A stretch of DNA of 64,000 nucleotides from positions 1 to 64,000 of the forward strand of contig NIVC01003532.1 in NCBI GenBank assembly GCA_002269645.1, written 5' to 3'. Made by a program: the position numbers and the translations under genes. Under the pieces are notes generated by a model that was not told where the DNA came from, ran no database searches, and was given only the letters and a program-made list of their open reading frames with translations. The stretch comes from Macrostomum lignano. Its lineage: Eukaryota. Positions 60,176 through 64,000 of the stretch are shown here, in pieces. The number at the start of each line of letters is the position of its first letter. Position 1 is the stretch's first letter.

Positions 60176-60324
60176 TGCACTAGATAATAAAATGATTCTT
60201 GCACTATCTTAGAAGCGGATAATTGCGCTGAAAAAAAAGAGATTATTGCGCTAGCTGAGACATGGATTATTGCACAACCTGAGAAAGCGATTATTTCATT
60301 AGCGGAGGAAATATTTGCACTAGC

Positions 60325-60640
60325 TACTTGCTGTCTAATGGATGCTTGCTATCTGCAGGATGCTTGCTATCTGCAGGATGCTTGCTATCTTCAGGATGCT
60401 TGCTATCTGCAGTATGCTTGCTATCTGCAGGATGCTTGCTATCTGCAGGATGCTTGCTATTTGGGGGGATGCTTACTATTTTGGAGGATGCTTGCTATCT
60501 GGGTGGAGGCTTGCTATCTGCAGGATGCTTGCTATCTGCAGGATGCTTGCTATTTGGAGGGATGCTTACTATTTTGGAGGATGCTTGCTATCTGGGTGGA
60601 GGCTTGCTATCTGGGGAATGCTTGCTGTCTTGGGGATGTT
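60325..60640. repeat. 18-bp tandem repeat (atgcttgctatctgcagg)
   Basis: Directly visible, with a duplicated internal variant block. Confidence 0.85.
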
Positions 60641-60861
60641 TTCTATTTAGGGGGAATGTCTGTGTCTTTGTAAAATTCAGGTGGAATTTAGGGGGAATCT
60701 TTGTGAAAACTATATTTTGTCTTTCTGTTAATTTAAAAAAAGTAAGAGATTCATAGCAAACATCTTTGTTCATGACAATTTTACTCGAATAAGGTGATTT
60801 ATAAAACTTAAGAAGGAATTGGTTCTTAAGAAAATGTGCTTTTTTAATTGTTTTATATAAA

Positions 60862-60915
60862 TATTTTTGCTCCTTGCTTATTGCGCGCCCCGAAGGGGGG
60901 CACTAGATTGCTAGT
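60862..60915 (+). mobile_element. Helitron-like 3' terminus (GC hairpin + CTAG|T), copy B
   Basis: ctccttgcttattgcgcgccccgaaggggggcactagattgctagt; hairpin gccccgaagggg followed by ctag. Confidence 0.55.
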
Positions 60916-61279
60916 AGCAATAGCTAAATTTAGATAGTTACAAGTGTAGACAATGATACAATCAAGTGTAGCCTAAATAAATAAACTTTAACATTGATAA
61001 TAGCTTAGAAAAAGAGCTAATTGTCTTTAATTCTTTAGTATAGCATATTGGTGAATATCTAGATATCTAGATATATCATACTTGTTTCATGTCCATGTTG
61101 CGCTCCTATTGGCTGAAAGGCTTATCTGTTTGATAGTTCTGAATTAATGTACTGACCCATTTCAGTGTAAACTTGCTAACCAAGTAAATATAAAAAAAAA
61201 TTCAGACACCTGCAGCCACAAACTACGCTGTCAAATCATTTTGCTGCATACCGCTTTGTAGCAGTTCAATTTGTGAAAA

Positions 61280-63265
61280 ATGACGAACTTAATGTCAGTT
61301 AGTAATTGGCTAACAGACTCCGCCGTCAATCAACCGCAAAATGTAGTACTAAATAACACATTCGCCACATCAGAGAGGGATTCCGATATATTAGACTATG
61401 AGATTACGAGCAATGCTGTCATACCAACTGAGGCATTGATACCAATATTACCTACTCCATGCAACTTAGCAAACAATAGTACGAAAGACTCCTTAGCTGT
61501 TGCACTGAAAGCCATAGCTGACACTGAAATGACTAAGCAGCGAATGCTCATAGCAGCTCAGCTTCGAGATTCAACGCAAATTCAACTTCAGTACTTCAGT
61601 ACACCTGACACGCGACAATTGGTACAAACAGGTAAGAGCAAGGTGCTGCGGTACTACAACAACAGCACACCTGGTGGCAGAGCGTCCTCCGTGCCGCAGA
61701 CTCTAGACTTCCGCAATCAGCGATGGGACACGAGTGGAATGCCGGCCTCGATTCCACAACACCTGTGGGACATGAGACGAGAGGAGAACAGGTGGCAGTC
61801 CTTCCACCTGCCGGATGCCAGCTTCACAGCGGCTCACCTGGTGTCAGTGACGGATCTGGCTGCTGACGGATTCTTCTACCTGCAGGAGTCGGACAGAGTA
61901 AAGTGTGCATTCTGCAAGGGTGTGCTCAAGGACTGGGAGGCGGGCGAGCAGGTCCGAGAGGCTCACAGACGCCACTTCTCCACCTGTCCGTTCGTGCTGT
62001 TCGTCGAAGTCGGCAACGTGCCTCGAGATCACAGAGAGCCAGAAAGAGTCTTGAGTTCAGCAAAAATAGTAGAGGCAGTGCAATGCAGTGATCAGACTGC
62101 AGATGATGCAGCAGTGATGGTGAACAGAGACTGGAGCATGAATCTGGTCGCTGAGCTACCACCGATGGAGTTCGCTGGACTGAACGAGTGGGCGCTGGCG
62201 ACACGCGCAACTATTGGAACGAATGCAGAACGCGTAGTGGACGACGAGCTGGTCGCTTTCAACATGATGAAGCGTCCTCAGCTTCCAGTGTCGAGCGAAG
62301 TAGCGAGATCTGCGTGCTCCGAGAGAGCGCTCACGAACCTGTCCGCTCTGCAGCACAGTCTCGAGAGTGAGCCATCGAGTGTGACTGCCAAACACGCACA
62401 GTTCGAGACCTACCAAGCGAGGTCGCAGTCTCTGCACTCGGCTCTCGTTCAGCAGCCAGTGTACTTGCTTGCAAAGGCGGGCTTCTTCTACTCGGAAGCC
62501 GAGAGAGCGACCTGCTGCTTCAGCTGCGGACTCTGCATGAGCGAGTGGAGCTGCGACGATGATGTGTGGGTTGAGCACGCCAGGTGGTCACCTCGATGTC
62601 CTCACGTGTTGTTGGAGCGAGGCAGCGACTTTGTACAGGCGGTGCATCGACTGTCGCCTCCCGTGCAGCACCCGACTTGTGGTGCTTCTGCTCAGCGTCA
62701 CACTGCATTGGTACAGACGGAATCAACTGCATCAGCTGGTGCTGCGACTGTCGACGGGTCCGCCGCCACTACTGCAGTCCGCAGCAGTCGCGCAGACGAG
62801 GCTCTCGCAGTCACTCCTGGAGTCGAGTTCAGAGTCGAGGCCAGAGACATCAAGGCGAGAGCCGACCTGCCCGTTGTGAGACTGCTCACTCAGCTCGGAT
62901 TCTCCGCTCTGCAAGTGAGACTGTTCACAGAGCTGCATCTCAGACAGCGAGGCGATGACTTTGCCACATCGGAGCTGTTCCTCGACTTCATGCTCACCGA
63001 GAGCCGCCGCATGCGCAAGCAGTCGCAGGATCCGGAGGCGTTCTTCGAGAGCAGGATGTCTCAGATTCGAGACTCTCTAAACCAACAGCCTAGACGCCGA
63101 GACACAACCGACTGGAAGACGTGCAAGGTGTGCATGGACAAGGAGGTGAACATCATGCTGCTGGACTGTGGTCACGTGGCCTGCTGCTCAGTGTGCGCCA
63201 AGTCGCTGAAGACGTGCCCCATCTGCAGGGCCTTTATTCGCGGCTCCCTATTTTTTCGTGAGTGA
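61280..63265 (+). CDS. IAP: IAP copy 4: N-terminal extension - BIR-BIR-UBA-like-RING
   Basis: 661-aa intronless ORF; two BIRs; C3HC4 RING; 4-aa insertion (ATTA) relative to the other copies. Confidence 0.93.
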   Translation: MTNLMSVSNWLTDSAVNQPQNVVLNNTFATSERDSDILDYEITSNAVIPTEALIPILPTPCNLANNSTKDSLAVALKAIADTEMTKQRMLIAAQLRDSTQIQLQYFSTPDTRQLVQTGKSKVLRYYNNSTPGGRASSVPQTLDFRNQRWDTSGMPASIPQHLWDMRREENRWQSFHLPDASFTAAHLVSVTDLAADGFFYLQESDRVKCAFCKGVLKDWEAGEQVREAHRRHFSTCPFVLFVEVGNVPRDHREPERVLSSAKIVEAVQCSDQTADDAAVMVNRDWSMNLVAELPPMEFAGLNEWALATRATIGTNAERVVDDELVAFNMMKRPQLPVSSEVARSACSERALTNLSALQHSLESEPSSVTAKHAQFETYQARSQSLHSALVQQPVYLLAKAGFFYSEAERATCCFSCGLCMSEWSCDDDVWVEHARWSPRCPHVLLERGSDFVQAVHRLSPPVQHPTCGASAQRHTALVQTESTASAGAATVDGSAATTAVRSSRADEALAVTPGVEFRVEARDIKARADLPVVRLLTQLGFSALQVRLFTELHLRQRGDDFATSELFLDFMLTESRRMRKQSQDPEAFFESRMSQIRDSLNQQPRRRDTTDWKTCKVCMDKEVNIMLLDCGHVACCSVCAKSLKTCPICRAFIRGSLFFRE

Positions 63266-63662
63266 AGGCTGTGTAGTTTTTTAGCACTAGGTAAAACGTT
63301 GCACGAATTGTTTTCCATAGAAACAATAACTGTTGGATTGTTAGCGCATAATGGGGCGGAATCAAAGAGAAGAATAATTAGTGAGTTTTTTGGATCCTTA
63401 CTAGCAGTTTTTTGTAGGCAAGTCATCTTCAAGTTGAGACCTTGTCACAATTTATTTTAACAAGTTTTTGATTTCATAGTCGCTTAGTCGCTTAATGACA
63501 TTTATGCTACTTTTCAGTTTGGTTTTTCCTTGCAAATAGATTCATCGCTTCAGATAGCAAGAATACCATATTTTTAATTTATCGCATCTATTTATAGCAT
63601 TTGTGACATTAATACTTACATTAGTTGGTTTTCATCTTTCTGTGCAATATTATTACTGCGTA

Positions 63663-63720
63663 ATGTATAATGCACTTGTACATTACTTGTACATTACTTG
63701 TACATTACTTGTACATTAGT
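63663..63720. repeat. 11-bp tandem repeat (tgtacattact) x4
   Basis: Directly visible. Confidence 0.8.
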
Positions 63721-64000
63721 TCGTATAATTTTGTCATATGTACGTAGGATAAGCGTTTACGAGTATTTAGACGTCACCGTGTGGATATTCAGTGGATCTA
63801 TCATCGATGCAAGCACCCACGCCTAATCGGTAACTTCTACACCATTACCTTCAATTTCATTCAAGTTCCAATTCACGTTGCACAATCGGAAGCTCAACTT
63901 CGACACTTCTAGCTCTGGATAACAATCTATATTCATTTAAGACAAACTCCTTTTTAATATCGATAGAAAGCACAAATTTGTATGGGGAAGAAAGCCTATA

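Noticed and set aside
29258-63000. Numerous short ORFs overlapping the IAP genes in other frames or antisense, repeated in all copies
   Set aside because: Shadows of GC-rich coding sequence; their recurrence only reflects the duplicated core.

Overview
Eukaryotic (animal) genomic DNA, rich in repeats. GC-rich intronless genes with poly-Q/poly-G tracts and long minisatellites suggest an invertebrate such as a Macrostomum-like flatworm (inference only). Genes: an intronless ABHD17-like depalmitoylase (1440-2705, -); an intronless peptide-receptor-like class A GPCR (7189-8427, +); a manually reconstructed 8-exon, 752-aa signal peptide-AMOP-VWD-like-Sushi (SUSD2/Mesh-like) gene (11875-26877, +) whose intron 6 is a ~6.8-kb minisatellite; a two-exon orphan gene (36425-37355, -); and four intronless IAP genes (BIR-BIR-UBA-like-RING; one copy lacks the RING). 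The IAP copies share a near-identical GC-rich ~1.6-kb core with no start or stop codon of its own, fused in frame to highly divergent AT-rich N-termini and different C-terminal tails. Mobile-element debris includes Tc1, Harbinger, Crypton, hAT MITE, I-clade and REL-type LINE remnants, tRNA-derived SINE heads and Helitron-like 3' ends. Most interesting: (1) the constant-core/variable-end IAP family; (2) a TSD-flanked LINE insertion that captured an inverted tRNA-Lys 5' half, consistent with twin priming in trans; (3) a sharply bounded 3.2-kb CpG-erased block with apparent CG>TA changes. All calls come from reading the sequence by eye; no searches were run.
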